The notes beneath the pieces are model-generated. The model was not told the origin of the DNA. It searched no databases and saw only the letters and a list, made by a program, of their open reading frames with translations. From Octopus bimaculoides (lineage: Eukaryota), in the NCBI RefSeq assembly GCF_001194135.2, contig NC_068988.1, forward strand, positions 69,210,207 through 69,274,206: a stretch of DNA of 64,000 nucleotides, in the 5' to 3' direction. The position numbers and the translations under genes are program-made. Positions 12,755 to 26,051 of the stretch are shown in pieces. The stretch's first letter is position 1; every line of letters starts with the position of its first letter.

Positions 12755-13536
12755 GGTGGTGGTGGTGGTGGTGGTGGTGGCAACAGTGGCAGTAGCAGCA
12801 GCAGTGGTGGTGGTAATGGCAGCAGTGATGGTGGTGGTAGTGGTGGTGACAGCAGCAGCAGCAGTAGTAATAGTAGTGNNNNNNNNNNNNNNNNNNNNNN
12901 NNNNNNNNNNNNNNNNNNNNNNNNNNNNNNNNNNNNNNNNNNNNNNNTGGTGGTGGTGGTGGTGGTGGTGGTGGTGGTGTTAGCAGCAGTGGTGGTAGTG
13001 GTAGTGGTGGTAGTAGTAGCAGCAGCAGTAGAGGTGGTGGCGGTAGTGGTGGTAGTGGTAGTGGTGGTAGCAGCAGCAGTAGAGGTGGTGGCGGTAGTGG
13101 TGGTGGTGGTAGTGGTGGTGGTGGTGGTGTGGTGCAATAGTGATGCATCAGAGTAGTAAGGATAATGACTGTAGTAGCAGTGATGGTGGTAACAGAAATG
13201 GTGGCAATGATAGCAGTAGTAGTAGTAGTAGTAGTGGTGGTGGTGGTGGTTTCTTAAATAGGATCAAAGCTTTAAGGCAATTAGAGAATAACAATAAAAT
13301 ATAATAAGGCAAATAAAAAAAAAAAATAAGGAATAAGAGTGGAAGGAGGAGTAGGCCATTATTGCGGTCACCATGTTAGTAGTGGTAGCAACAGTTATAG
13401 AGTTTGACAATGAGTCTCTGCTGTTACAGGTGGTGGTGGTCGTCGTGGTGGTAGTGGTGGTCATGGTCATGATGCTGGTAGTTGCTGATGATGGTGGTGG
13501 TGGTGATGTTGTTGCCGTTGTTGTTGTTGTTGTTGT

Positions 13537-13577
<41 letters not shown>

Positions 13578-14000
13578 TTGTTGGTGGTGGTGGTGGNNNN
13601 NNNNNNNNNNNNNNNNNNNNNNNNNNNNNNNNNNNNNNNNNNNNNNNNNNNNNNNNNNNNNNNNNNNNNNNNNNNNNNNNNNNNNNNNNNNNNNNNNNNN
13701 NNNNNNNNNNNNNNNNNNNNNNNNNNNNNNNNNNNNNNNNNNNNNNNNNNNNNNNNNNNNNNNNNNNNNNNNNNNNNNNNNNNNNNNNNNNNNNNNNNNN
13801 NNNNNNNNNNNNNNNNNGGTGGTGATGATAATGATGTTAATGATGTTGATGATGAAGATGATGGTATTTGTGATGCTGGTGCTGCTGCTGATGATGATGA
13901 CGATGATAATGATGATGAGGAGGAGGAGGAAGATGAGGGAAGGGGAGGAGGGGAGGAGGAGGAGGGAAGGAGGGGGAGGGGGAGGAAGATCATCATTGTC
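12718..14000. repeat. Large compound trinucleotide field (AGT/GGT/AGC/GTT/GCT/GAT/GGA) spanning two gaps
   Basis: Directly visible; source of the poly-P/H/T/V ORFs. Confidence 0.95.
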
Positions 14001-14461
14001 CTCATGGAATGGTGATTAAACAACCAATCTAAATGTACTATTGATTTCATCAATAAAATCTCTGGGTAATTATATCTAATTCTTGTCATCCCATCCCATA
14101 TAATTCACTGATTTCCTAAAATGGAATTTACTGTAGCAGAAGATGTTACCATTCACTAATTCTGTAGTTCCTGTTGTTGTAGTTGTTGTCCTTGAGTTTC
14201 ACATTGTTTACTGTAACTGTTCCATTCCATTTCAGAATTTCTATAGTGAAGGAAGAGGTGAGGGATGATTAGGCAAAATCAAAACCGAAATTCTTCATTC
14301 CTTTCTTGACATTTTCAAAAATCCTCTATTCTATTTCTCTGGAAGTTAGCCAAGCAAATGACATTCATTCTATCTGCTGCAATGAAGCACAGTTTCACTT
14401 GCATCAGGGTATATACATATACCCCAACACTAAGACTATATTTACATACATACATGCATGC

Positions 14462-14519
<58 letters not shown>

Positions 14520-14651
14520 TGTTGTATTCAGGATGGTCATTTCTTTCTTTTTTGCCAAATAAACACACACCTTATATATTTATTCTTCCTGAAATAACAA
14601 TATCTGTTTCAACACAGGACTTCACATCAAGAATCTTGTACCACAAATTAT

Positions 14652-14685
<34 letters not shown>

Positions 14686-14686
<1 letters not shown>

Positions 14687-15583
14687 GTAAAGTACTGTTG
14701 GTCAACCTTGAGTTCGATGATGAATTTATCACACAAGGAGTTCACCAGGGATCAGTTCTCAGAACCCTCTTATCCATCATAGTCCTCCTGGCCATAACAG
14801 TAGAATTTGAGACTAGCTGCCCATTGGAATTATTACGTGATGATGATCTTACTTCTATAGCAAAATTGAATGCAGAAGGGGAGAGGAAATTCCAGATAGA
14901 GAATTGAAACCTGGAATCAAAATGCCTTAAAGTTAACTTAACAAAGACCAAAGCTTTCATTAGCAAGAAACCAAATAAGACTCTCCTTCCATCAGGTAAA
15001 TAGGTGGCCCAGGGAATGTAGGAAAGGTGCTGGAAGGAATTCTGTTTGATGCATGGACACATAAGAAGTGCTGTGGAATCAGATGTAGGTTAATAGAGGA
15101 AGTCATTTTTATAAGTGGCAGATACACAGGAGCAATAAGCACTAAATATGCATGGAAATTAGATTTTCTGCAAATGCCCAAGAGGCTCCCAAGAAGTTGT
15201 AAATATTTTCTGCTACCTATGTGACTATAATAGCAGTGGAAGAGGATGTTCTGAACATATAGTTACCTGGATAAGAATAAGATGGAGTAAGTTCGGAGAA
15301 CTATTAACTTTGTTGGCAACAAGCGGCCTCTCTCTCAGAGTGAAAGGCAGATTGTGTGCTGCTTATTCTTTTTACTCTTTTACTTGTTTCAGTCATTTGA
15401 CTGTGGCCATACTGGAGCATCACCTTTAGTCGAGCAAATCGACCCCTGGACTTATTCTTTGTAAGCCTAGTACTTATTCTATCGGTCTCTTTTTGCCGAA
15501 CCGCTAAGTGATGGGGACATAAACACACCAGCATCGGTTGTCAAGCAATGCTAGGGGGTGGAAACACAGACACACAAACATAC

Positions 15584-15672
<89 letters not shown>

Positions 15673-15885
15673 TACGACGTGCTTCAATCAGTTTCCGTCT
15701 ACCAAATCCACTCACAAGGCTTTGGTCAGCCCGAGGCTATAATAGAAGATACTTGCCCAAGGTGCCACGCAGTGGGACTGAACCCAGAACCATGTGGTTG
15801 GTAAGAAAGCTACTTACCACACAGCCACTCCTGCACCTAGTGTATAAACAGCTATGTTCCATGGACACTGGTGCATGATACAGTC
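14686..15885 (+). mobile_element. RTE-clade LINE RT/thumb fragment interrupted by SINE A at 15366-15838
   Basis: GVHQGSVL...IIVLLAITVEFETSCPLELLRDDDL...LKVNLTKTK; Cys-rich block WTHKKC; RL.A|CV*TAMFHG resumes after the SINE. Confidence 0.9.
15366..15838 (-). mobile_element. SINE family A, full length, with long (TA)n
   Basis: The reverse complement starts aggtgcaggagtggctgtgtggtaag; near-identical to 62586-63009. Confidence 0.92.
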
Positions 15886-15925
15886 CTTGACCCATCAGAT
15901 CCTTTTAAACCATTCAATCCATGTA

Positions 15926-16449
15926 TAAGGTTGTATGGAAAGTTCTGAGTGTTTTTAAGCTAAGTCTTTTAATGCTTCATTGAACACACCTGAAACATAA
16001 CACAGTTAACACTTTGGTGCTGCTTGAAGTGGTAGTTCATCTCTTTGTTTCTAACTAAAAATAGATTTGTCTTCCATTCTGGCTACCTTTTATTGACATT
16101 TGAAATGGATAGTCAAAAAATTCATATTCTCATTGTAATGCTTTTCTTTTTTTAAAAAAGGAGAAAATGCTGCAAAGACTTGCAAAAACGTTTGCAAAGT
16201 TTATGGTGATGATGCTGTGGGTGAATCAACTGTTCGAATGTGGTTTGCAAAATTTAAAGCTGGAGAGTTTAGCTTCAAAGAGGACAGTCACAGTGGAAGA
16301 CCTTCAAAATTGGATGAAGTTGTTCTGAAGGCAAAACTCAAAGAAAACTCAGGACTTGCAGAGAAGTTGGAAGTTTCTAAAAGTATGGATCATGGAGTGT
16401 ATACTTTTTTGCATATTAAAAAATTTTCAGAACTTTCCAGACAACCTAA
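15926..16449 (+). mobile_element. Internally deleted mariner element retaining both TIRs and the N-terminal HTH region
   Basis: 23-bp TIRs taaggttgtatggaaagttctga / tcagaactttccagacaacctaa, TA flanks; MDSQKIHI...KKGENAAKTC...GESTVRMWFAKFKAGEFSFKEDSHSGRPS. Confidence 0.92.
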
Positions 16450-16499
16450 TAATATAGAATATGAACATTACATGTTGCTAATGATGATGATACAAATAA

Positions 16500-16637
16500 G
16501 TATAATAATAGATAGATAAATAGATAGATAAATTGATAAATATATAGATAGAAAAATAGACAGACAGACAGACAGACAGAAAGACAGACAGACAGACAGA
16601 CAGACAGATAGATAGATAGACAGACAAACAGACAGAC

Positions 16638-16695
<58 letters not shown>

Positions 16696-16724
16696 CTAGC
16701 TAGCTAGCAAGATAGATAGATAGG

Positions 16725-16765
<41 letters not shown>
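16500..16765. repeat. (GATA)n/(GACA)n tetranucleotide array
   Basis: Directly visible. Confidence 0.95.
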
Positions 16766-17506
16766 TATGTTGAATATTTCATTTAGTCCCTTTTATTACT
16801 ATGCATCTGGCATGAGGTAGTCATATGGCTCAGTCATTCACAGCTTATGGCTATACTTCTATCATGAAAGCCTCCTATCTCCCTCATAAATTTCATTTAC
16901 ATTTACCTTACTTCACTCACATCAGATTACCTAGCCATTAAATGTCTGTAGTGAATGGAAAACTGTTCAGATAAGCATTCTTCCTTGCTTTTATTATGGT
17001 GACATCTAGTTTTATTTCAATTGAATGCCTATGTCTAAAACCATGCTGTCTTTATGTTAAACACTATTTAAATTAATTTATTCTTGTAAAATGTGCTGGG
17101 CTAACTCTCATCTATACTGTCCTGAATATGTATATTCTGTACATCCACACTATTTCAGTTAGTTTTGTTTGTCTGCTTCATTTTAGAAATTTCATTTTCA
17201 GCAATTTTATTCTTAGCTTGTTAAATATTTTATGTGGCCTCCATTATTAATAAGTTTCTGGTGTAGGGTAGCTCCCACCCCTACCATTTACTGTAAAAGT
17301 ATTTCTCTTAGAACCTTTCTTTTAGACCTGAAATTTGTATGGAAAGCTATGTCCCACCTCTTTCCTCCTACCAACATCAGATCATCACCACCTGCAGTAC
17401 AACTATATAAATAGTCATAGCTAACTTGCTTGCATCCAAAATATAAGTGACAAGTGTACTTGCCAGTGCGTTAATTATCAGTGCTGTTTTATCTTTGGAT
17501 AAGCAC

Positions 17507-18350
17507 ACTGAGTACCCAATGCAAACTATGGACACATATGTGGTGCAGCAGTAAAAGGTGCAGCAGTAAAAGGTGCAGCATGGAAAGGTTAAGAACGATA
17601 GTAGTTTTTGTGTATGGCAGATGTGCAAATGGAGGCGAAATGGCCCAGTGGTTAGGGCAGCGGAATCGCGGTCGGAGGATTGCGGTTTCGATTCCCAGAC
17701 CGGGCGTTGTGAGTGTTTATCGAGCGAAAACACCTAAGCTGCACGAGGCTCTGGCAGTGGGGAGGGTCCCCTGTCGTGCTCTTTTGCCCCAACTTTCTCT
17801 CACTCTTTCTGCCTGTTTCTTGAGTAACGCTGCGATGGACTGGCGTCCTGTCCAGCTGGGGGGGGGGGGGAACACATACACCATAGAAACCGGGAAACTG
17901 GGCCCATGAGCCTGGCTAGGCTTTGAAAGGGTGACGTTTATCATTTTTTTAGATGTGCAAATACAATAAACACTATGAATATACAGAGAATAAAATTCAA
18001 ATGTGCAGTGGAATCATTTGAAGATTTTTGGAGAAAAATTGGGCATTAGAGGCATCAGATGTAGTGTGCAAGAGAGAGGACTGTGCTGGTATGGTCAGAT
18101 GATGTGGATGGATAAGGACAGCTGCACAAAGAAATGCTGATCTCTAATTATGAAGAGAATCTGTGGAAGGGGTTGACCCAGAAAGATGGGGAACAAAATA
18201 GGGAGAAAGGATCTTCAGATGCTGAATCTCACTGAAGAGATGACAAGAGGCCAAGACTTCTGGTGATTTGCTGTGCTTGAGAAGACCCATCACACTAAGT
18301 AAAATCATGGTCATCCATACATAGAGGCATGTCCTTTACAGCCACACCCC
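17507..18350 (+). mobile_element. RTE-clade LINE fragment (Cys-rich block plus C-terminus), internally deleted and SINE-interrupted
   Basis: STQCKLWTH...VVFVYGRCAN|TINT... then EKLGIRGIRCSVQERGLCWYGQ...DLQMLNLTEEMT...AVLEKT; 15-bp tandem triplication at ~17545-17580. Confidence 0.85.
17631..17950 (+). mobile_element. tRNA-derived SINE, head B with a variant (V/Meta-domain-like) 3' half
   Basis: A box tggcccagtgg, B box gtttcgattcc; 3' part ctgcgatggactggcgtcctgtccag...gaaaccggg; perfect 12-bp TSD agatgtgcaaat (17619-30, 17951-62). Confidence 0.92.
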
Positions 18351-19405
18351 ACCTCAAATGCACACATAATTATATAAAAGCCAGGTGTACCCTCTTATAT
18401 GAGTGAAACAGACTGTTGTTTAAGTAATACATTTTGAAGCACCTTCACAAAAGTCTCCAGGGCACCAAGCACTAAACCATAGTCCACTATTTCAATATAC
18501 CAGACCATTCTATTAACCACTCAACCTGGTATTTTCCGACAAAATGAGACATCATATTCTTTCTAGAAAGCCTAAAGAACAATGCACATTTTCTTCAGTG
18601 AGCTTAACAGTAGTTTCTCTGTCTCCTGTTCATACGCCATTCCACTTGTATTTATGGTTGTACATATATGTGTATTTTATAGATGTTGTCCTGACACAGT
18701 TTTGCATATATATAAATGTGCGTATATAATTGTGAGTAAAAATATATTGATACAGAATAGTTCTGTATGAATATGCTAAATATTTTCATGTTTATAGGCA
18801 TGTAAGGTTATACACATGCCTGAATTTACATGGATGTGATGTATATATATATATACATATATATGGTGTTCATGATGAGATTGTGTAGCCCTGTATAGAC
18901 TAATATATATATGCTTCTATGTAATAATATTGAAGTTAGCCACTTAATTTCAGTCATGTAACATGTTTGTACAGCCTTAGATATGTGCATACTTGTGTGT
19001 AAGAATATGAGTAGTTTGATTTCAGTTTTTCGTATGTATCTCTATGGGCAGGTATGTGTACTCACCAAGGTAAAAGCAATGGACCATACACTTTTGTTAA
19101 TCTAGTAACATTTGCAATTTTAATATGCACTTTACTTCAAATATACTCCTTCTTTCTCCATATGCTCCTAACAGAAGTTTTAGGAGAAAAGCATGTTATA
19201 TACATAAACATGTTGCAGAGAGTTTTATTAAGAAAAATGAAGCACTGAAAATTTCCAGATACTCATTTTTACATCCTTAAATCGCAGGTTGCTTTGTATT
19301 ATTATTCAGATAAAAAGTTTGCAACCAAATATTTAAAAAAGTCAAGAAGTGTATTTAAGGTTTCTTTTAATTGGAAGAGTTCAAGATGTTTCTTTTCATG
19401 TTTAA

Positions 19406-19606
19406 CCCTTTAGCAATTAGATTATTCTGTCAAATGTGATGATTATTTATCCACATTGTTTAAAGTTGATAATGTGTAATCTCCTAACGTCAAGATTTCG
19501 ATGATGTGATTGATTATTTTTGAATGAAATTGTAGGGTAGGTGTGAGATATCAGATTTGGCTGGCTTGAATGTTTTTAGACCAGTGGCCAGTTAAGCATT
19601 AAAGAG
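19406..19606. mobile_element. piggyBac-like (TTAA) MITE; a related reverse fragment lies at ~22780-22905
   Basis: TTAA|ccctttag ... ttaaagag|TTAA. Confidence 0.7.
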
Positions 19607-20014
19607 TTAAAGCAAAAGCTCTGCATAAATAGCTCTGATTACATGGATAGCTAGATTAACTAAGATTTGTTTTGAGTGAGGTGCTTTCAAGGGAAATGAA
19701 ATTCCATGCTGATGTGACTGATGTGGATATTCAAGATCAAATTCTATTTTTCATGAAGTCGCCACAACAAATTCTCTAACACATAAGCTACCAAAAGAAT
19801 TAAATCTTTATTTTTCTGCTTATAATGATAAGTTTAGACATCCAGAAGATTGGAACACAAAAAAAAAAAAAAAAAAGATCTGGTAGGCCCAGAACTACTA
19901 TTATAACAAGAGATGAGTGACAGTTCAAATTCAGAAAGAAACAAAATCCTGTATCAAGTTTCAAGAGAGTTTGGAACAGCTGAAAACAAGGCCATATATT
20001 GAGAAAGGAGTTCA

Positions 20015-20450
20015 AAGTTAGCAAGGAGTCTGTTCTTTTATACGGGGCTGAAACATGGATGCTCACTAAAGCATTGAAGAAGCAGTTGGATGGTTGTTAT
20101 ACGAGGATGCTTAGAATAGCACTCGATGTCTCCTGGATGAGTCATACAACAAACGCTGACCTATACCAGGGACTACCAAAAGTAACATTGAAGATACAGC
20201 ATAGAAGGATGAGGCAAGCTGGTCAATGCACCAGACATACCGAAGAAATTGCTAACAAGCTAGTGCTCTGGCAACCAACGGATGGAAGAACCAGGAAAGG
20301 AAGGAGGAAGGCGACATATATCAACAATTTACTGTAGGATACTGGTATGGAAAGGGTACAGGAGCTGAGGACCATTATGGAAGATCAAGATGAAAGGGGG
20401 TAAAATGTGTGGAAACAGTCTTGGGGCATCCTGAGGGACTACCTAGATAG
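20015..20450 (+). mobile_element. RTE-clade LINE 3' fragment (third family)
   Basis: ESVLLYGAETWMLTKALKKQLDGCYTRMLRIALDVSW...RRMRQAGQCTRH...LVLWQPTDGRTRKGR. Confidence 0.92.
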
Positions 20451-21000
20451 ATAGAAATCCCTGATAACCAAAAACATAAGAATAGTTTGCACTTTTTGGT
20501 GAGAGATGGTGATTTATTATCAAACAGGTTTTAGAAAGTCTTTTAAAGTGATAAATCAAAATTTAATCTTTGAAGTTATACTCCATGACGTTGCCTTCAT
20601 TGTTCAATTGAAGCTCGATTGAAGAGAGTCAATGTTTATTACTAGATGTTAGCCTGAAATTGGTCGAGAACGATCACACAGTATAACAGTTTGATGTCAG
20701 TATTTCAGCAACAACAATAAGTTGGAAGATACCCCATAGTGAACAGGAAATCCACCCTGTGGTGAACAGGAAATGGACTGTGTGGTGGACAAGAAATCAG
20801 TCATGTGGTTGAGGGAAGTAGGAAGGGGAGGTAGATGTAAGGGTATATATGTATATATATATGTACATGTGTATGTCCATATATCTGCATGTATGCATCT
20901 GTACTTATATGAGTGTGTATATGTGCTTAGATGTACATTTACACATCTGCATGCATGTGTGCACACATGTATACACACACACACACTCACACACACATGT

Positions 21001-21032
<32 letters not shown>

Positions 21033-22001
21033 ACACAAACATATAGCATCTCATTTTGATTTGGAGAAGAATTTTGCACTTTACTATTATTATCACTCCC
21101 ATTGCTGTTATTATTATTATTATTACAATTATTTCTGTGGGTAAGTACATTAATATCACTATTTTCTTGTTACTGTTCTTGCTTTTGCTGTTAATGCTAG
21201 AATTATTGGTGTAAGTTAGGTAATTATTCTCAATTCACAAGAGATTCCCTCTTTATTCAAATAAGGAAGATGGTTACCATTGTAAAAGGAAACATTTTCA
21301 CCAATAATATATTGAAATAAATTTCTTATTTCACAGCAGGAATAATAAAGCCAATAACATGATTTATTTTCAGTTGTGAGGAAAATATAAAATAGTTCAG
21401 CTTTCCCCTTCTTTTTCATATAATAACAATAAAATAAACACGAATCAGGAATAAGTCAAATAAGAAATGCTTCAAGATATGTCTTTCACTCATAAAAACA
21501 CAATCATTGTAACAATAAGTGTGTTCTAAACAGAAAAATAATCAATTCTAAGCTAGTGAACTTCATATTTCATTAAGCCTAATAAATGACCAATATTTAT
21601 TTTATTACCCAGGAGCGATGGTATGCAATGTTATGTCTGGTGGGATTTGAAACTGTATTCAGAGAAACTACAACTAGATATTGGTAAATATTCTGCCAAG
21701 AGCACTAACAATTCAAACATCTACCTAACTAATAAATAGCTGGGTGATTTCTCATGTAGCATCTAAGGAATTAGCTTTATAACCTTGTCTTTTATTCCAG
21801 GCTTAACCCTTTTATTATGTATTTGTGTCAAAATATACTGCTTTTGTTTCCATTAATTTTAAAATAATAAAGAAATTAGTAACTTAATTTTGTTAATGTT
21901 AATCTAGAATTGAGAACATAAATTGACATGATATTTTATCAACAATTTTTTATTCAAATCACTTTAACCTTTTCGTTATTGTATTTTGAGATGATCTTTA
22001 A

Positions 22002-22216
22002 CCCTTTCATTACTTATTTTGAGATGCTCTGTGTTTCCTTCAATTACTTTAAAAACAACAAAGAATTTAGTAAAATAACTTAGTTATCATTCAGCTAGTG
22101 TTAGGAACATAAATTGTGACTAAGGTTTGGTGGAAAATTTTAATTCAAAATTTATGGAAACAAAACGTTTTCACCCAGAGCCAGAGCCGGTTTCAGCCAG
22201 GATGGTAACAAAAGGG
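22002..22216. mobile_element. piggyBac-like (TTAA) MITE
   Basis: TTAA(21998-22001)|ccctttcattac ... gtaacaaaaggg|TTAA(22217-20). Confidence 0.85.
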
Positions 22217-22953
22217 TTAAAGCAAGAAGTTTTTATCACCAAACCAGGTATGCTCTCAGTTTGATATCAAAAGAGTTGAATTATTGATAGTCTGCTGAAC
22301 TACTTCATTACTTATGTATCTTTAATATAAGCTATCCAAATTTTAGTATGTTTTACATTTGGAGTATTTAATATATTATGTCTATAATTTTTTTTCTGGA
22401 TTCCTTTTTGATCTTGCTCTACTCCTCATAGTCTAGATATATCAATTTCTATGATTTCTTACTCACACAAAGTGAATTTTGTTATTGAATGAAAAATGTC
22501 CTACAAAGAATGTGGGTTGTGTACAGCACTTATTTTTCCTTTATGGCTCTTTGGGCTCTGTCTAGAGTTGTGAGCCCTGATATTATCTTACAATATTAAT
22601 AAGAAGGTTAGTGTGGTATATTGGCAAAATTGCTTGTGTTCAACAAAATGCCTTGCATGTTTTCTTCTGGTTCTTTACATTCTGAACTCAAATCCCACAG
22701 AGGTTGATACTGCTTTCATCCCTCTTAAGTTGGGAAAAAAAGCGTAAGTGATGTACTGGGTCAATTTGACTCTTTAGTATTTAAACTGGCTGTATCAGGT
22801 CCAAATATTCTACTTTGCTTTATATTCAAACTGGTTAGATTCAGCCTCTCACACCTACTCTATAATGTCATTCTAAAAATTAACAATCGCATCATCAAAT
22901 TTTTTAAGTTTTGTTATTGAATGAAAAATGTCCTACATAGAATGTGGGTTGTA

Positions 22954-24551
22954 TCAGATCATTAAGAATGAAATGTCTGATTTTCTTATGCACCAAGTTT
23001 GACAGTCGTTAGCTTTAATATTTTATCCTGACAATTCTTTGTTTTACAACATTGAAGAGTTTTCTCTTGTTAGTTAATTTTTGTGAACCCATGGATAGAT
23101 AAAAATTTTTGTTGTATATGAATATGAGTTCCATCATGGAGGAGCCAATGCATCCCAGACAGCTCAAGACATCAATGAGGTGTTTGCTGAAGATGTGACG
23201 GATGAGTACACTGTACATTGATGGTTTGAGAAGTTCTGATATGGTGACTTTATTCTTGAAAATCAGTCCCGGGGTAGACCTGAGACCAAGGTAGATAATG
23301 ATGAGCTGGAAACTGTAGTGGAAGTGGATACATCTCAAATTATGCGTGAGTTAGCAGCAAGGTTTGATGTTTCAATTCCAACTGTATTGGACCATCTGAA
23401 ACAAATCGGCAAGGTAAAGAAGCTGGCCAATTGGAGTGGGTACTACATAAACTGAACAAGCATCAAATGACAGGTCGTCTTGAAACTTGTTGTTTCTTAC
23501 TGTCATGTAATAAAAGCAAACCATTTTTGTATTGTACTGTTACGTGTGATGCAAAAATGGATTCTTTTCACCAATAGCAAGCATAGTGATGAGATAGAGA
23601 CGAAGTGCCAAAACACAATCCAGAAAGAATATTCACCAAAAAAAGCTAATGGTGTCTGTTTGGTGATCCAGCACTGGTGTCATTCATTACAGTTTCATGA
23701 GACATGGTAAGTCAATTACAGTGGATGTATACATCAACCGTGGAGGCGCAATGGCCCAGTGGTTAGGGCAGCGGATTCGCGGTTTCAATTCCCAGACCGG
23801 GTGTTGTGAGTGTTTATTGAACGAAAACAACTAAAAGCTCCACGAGGCTCCGGCAGGGGATGGTGGCGAACCCTGCTGTACTCTTTCACCACAACTTTCT
23901 CTCACTCTTACTTCCTGTTTCTGTAGTGCCTGTAATTCAAAGGGTCAGCCTTGTCACACTGTGTCACGCTGAATATCCCCGAGAACTATGTTAAGGGTAC
24001 ATGTGTCTGTGGAGTGCTCAGCCACTTGCACGTTAATTTCATGAGCAGGCTGTTCTGTTGATCGGATCAACTGGAACCCTCGTTGTCATAACCGACAGAG
24101 TGCCGACCATATATCAACCAACTGGATGAATTGATGAAGTGACCTTGCAATTAAACAACTGAGATTGGTCAATACAGAATGGCCAGTTCTCTTACAAGAC
24201 AATGCTCAACTACATGTTGCACAAAGAACACTACTCAAGTTACAGGAACTGAACTTGGAAGTACTCTGTCATCTACCATATTCACCAGACCTTGCACCAA
24301 CTGACTATCGTGTTTTTCAGGCATTAGACAACGTTTGCAAGGAAAAAAACTTCAAATCTGAAGAAGATGTAAAAACAGCCTTTCGTGATTTGATCGCCTC
24401 TTCCTCTTCAGTACTCTTTGCTGCCAGTATAAACAAGCTACCGATAAAATGGCAAAATTGTGCTGATAATTTAGGTGCATACTTTGATCAACTACATTGC
24501 TTTTTGTTAAGATAAAGTAAAATAAACTTTCAGTTCAAAATCGGACATTTC
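22954..24551 (+). mobile_element. Near full-length mariner (DD34D-type) transposon, pseudogenised; right TIR truncated
   Basis: HTH region (W F E K F...RGRP), TCD.KWI, LMVSVW, LLQDNA, HLPYSPDLAPTDY; stops and frameshifts; left end after TA 22952-53; aaaatcggacatttc (24537-51) is the inverted match of gaaatgtctgatttt. Confidence 0.93.
23740..24108 (+). mobile_element. tRNA-derived SINE family B inserted in the mariner transposase
   Basis: Head B with an internal deletion; 11-bp TSD atacatcaacc / atatatcaacc (23729-39, 24109-19). Confidence 0.93.
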
Positions 24552-24930
24552 CTTTTCGGGCTCTTTGGGGTCTGTTTAGAGTTGTGAGCCCTGATATTGT
24601 CTTTCAGTATTAATAAGAAGGTTAGTGTGGTGTATTGGCAAAAATCGTAGCCATGCTGGGATACTGCCATGATTAATTCAAAACAATGTGAATCAATAAG
24701 TATTATAGTTGACAGAGTAATCCAGATGCTAAAGCGTTAATTATGCCAATCCACTACCCTTATAGTCATTTCTAAAGTAGACACAAAGTTGACTTCAGAA
24801 GTTGGGTATTGTCAACTAAATGAGATCCCAAGGATAAATGGCTAAGTTGACTTTATTGGGATTTAAACTCCAGAATGTTAAGGAATGTAATGAAATGCAG
24901 CAAAGTAGCATTTTGTTCATTATTCTATCA

Positions 24931-25330
24931 TTTATCTTTTACTTGCTTCAGTAGTTAGACTGTGGCCATGCTGGGGCACCACCATGAAGAATTTTACTGA
25001 AATGAATTGACACCAGTACTTATTTTTTTTAAGCCTGGTATTTATTTTATCAGTCTCTTTTAACAAGTTGCTAAGTTACAGGGATGTAAACACACCAAAA
25101 CCAGTTTGCAAGCTGTGGCGTGGGGCACAGACACAGACACAAACACAAACACACACACATACACACACACATGATGGGCTTCTTTTACTTTCTGTCTACC
25201 ATATTCACTCAGAAGGCTTTGGTCAGCCTGATGCCATTGTGGAAGACGCTTGCTCAAGGTGCTATGCAGTGGGACTCTATTTGAAACAACATGGTTGGGA
25301 AGAAAACTCCTTACCAAACAACCACACCTC
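24931..25330 (-). mobile_element. SINE family A, older diverged copy (a degenerate family C copy is adjacent at ~24780-24920)
   Basis: Same head, core and tail motifs in reverse orientation. Confidence 0.85.
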
Positions 25331-25992
25331 ATAATAATTTTTATTTGCTACAGGAACATTACAAGAACAGATAACTTTTAGAACCCTAGAGTATAAAGAA
25401 CCTCAGAATTCTAAAAAAAAGTTGAGGCAAAATATATTATGGAAAACTGAGAGTTCTATAAGACTTTACAAGATGTTTTAAAAGAAGAATTACTGCAAAC
25501 CATCACTTCCATTCATGGAAATTGTGTAATAACTCTAAACACGGATTAACTACATTCTTTAATTTGATATTTTGAAAACAAACAAAAAAAAATGCTACCA
25601 ATTAGTTTTATTGTTGATGTTTCTTGCTACAGTTGTTTTCTACTTCATCTTATTTTGTATGTGAATAAAATGAGGTTTAATGCGATAGAATGTAAACACT
25701 TGAAACTATTTGTGAAAATGTGAGAGCAAACATGTAAACAGAATCCGTCTTTTATTTCCTCTGTTCTACCTATTTTAGAAATAGCAAAAGATAATATTAA
25801 AATAAAGAAGTAGATTGTAAGGAATAAAATGCCACCAATTGTTGGTTAGCATGTTATGAATAATTAAAATAAAGCGTTTGAATAAAAGATAAAAAAATTG
25901 AGCATTTGTCTTTGTTAAACTGATACCAAAGATAGACAATTCTTTGACTGATCTCAGGTGGTACATTAAAGTATGCCAAACAGTTTATGCAT

Positions 25993-26051
<59 letters not shown>

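Noticed and set aside
13018-13110. Higher-order ~50-bp duplication within the GGT/AGC field, suggesting a Gly/Ser-rich protein
   Set aside because: Explained by slippage or local assembly; no splice or ORF context.
17631-17705. tRNA gene-like A and B boxes here and at 11694, 23740, 31469, 50390 and 57241
   Set aside because: They are SINE heads: no complete cloverleaf, followed by SINE bodies and often bounded by TSDs.
20614-20668. ctcga-TTGAAGA...GAAA-ttgg-tcgag hammerhead-like spacing; a weaker case at ~50760-50790
   Set aside because: Core substitutions, no stem II pairing and no NUH site; at best a fossil.
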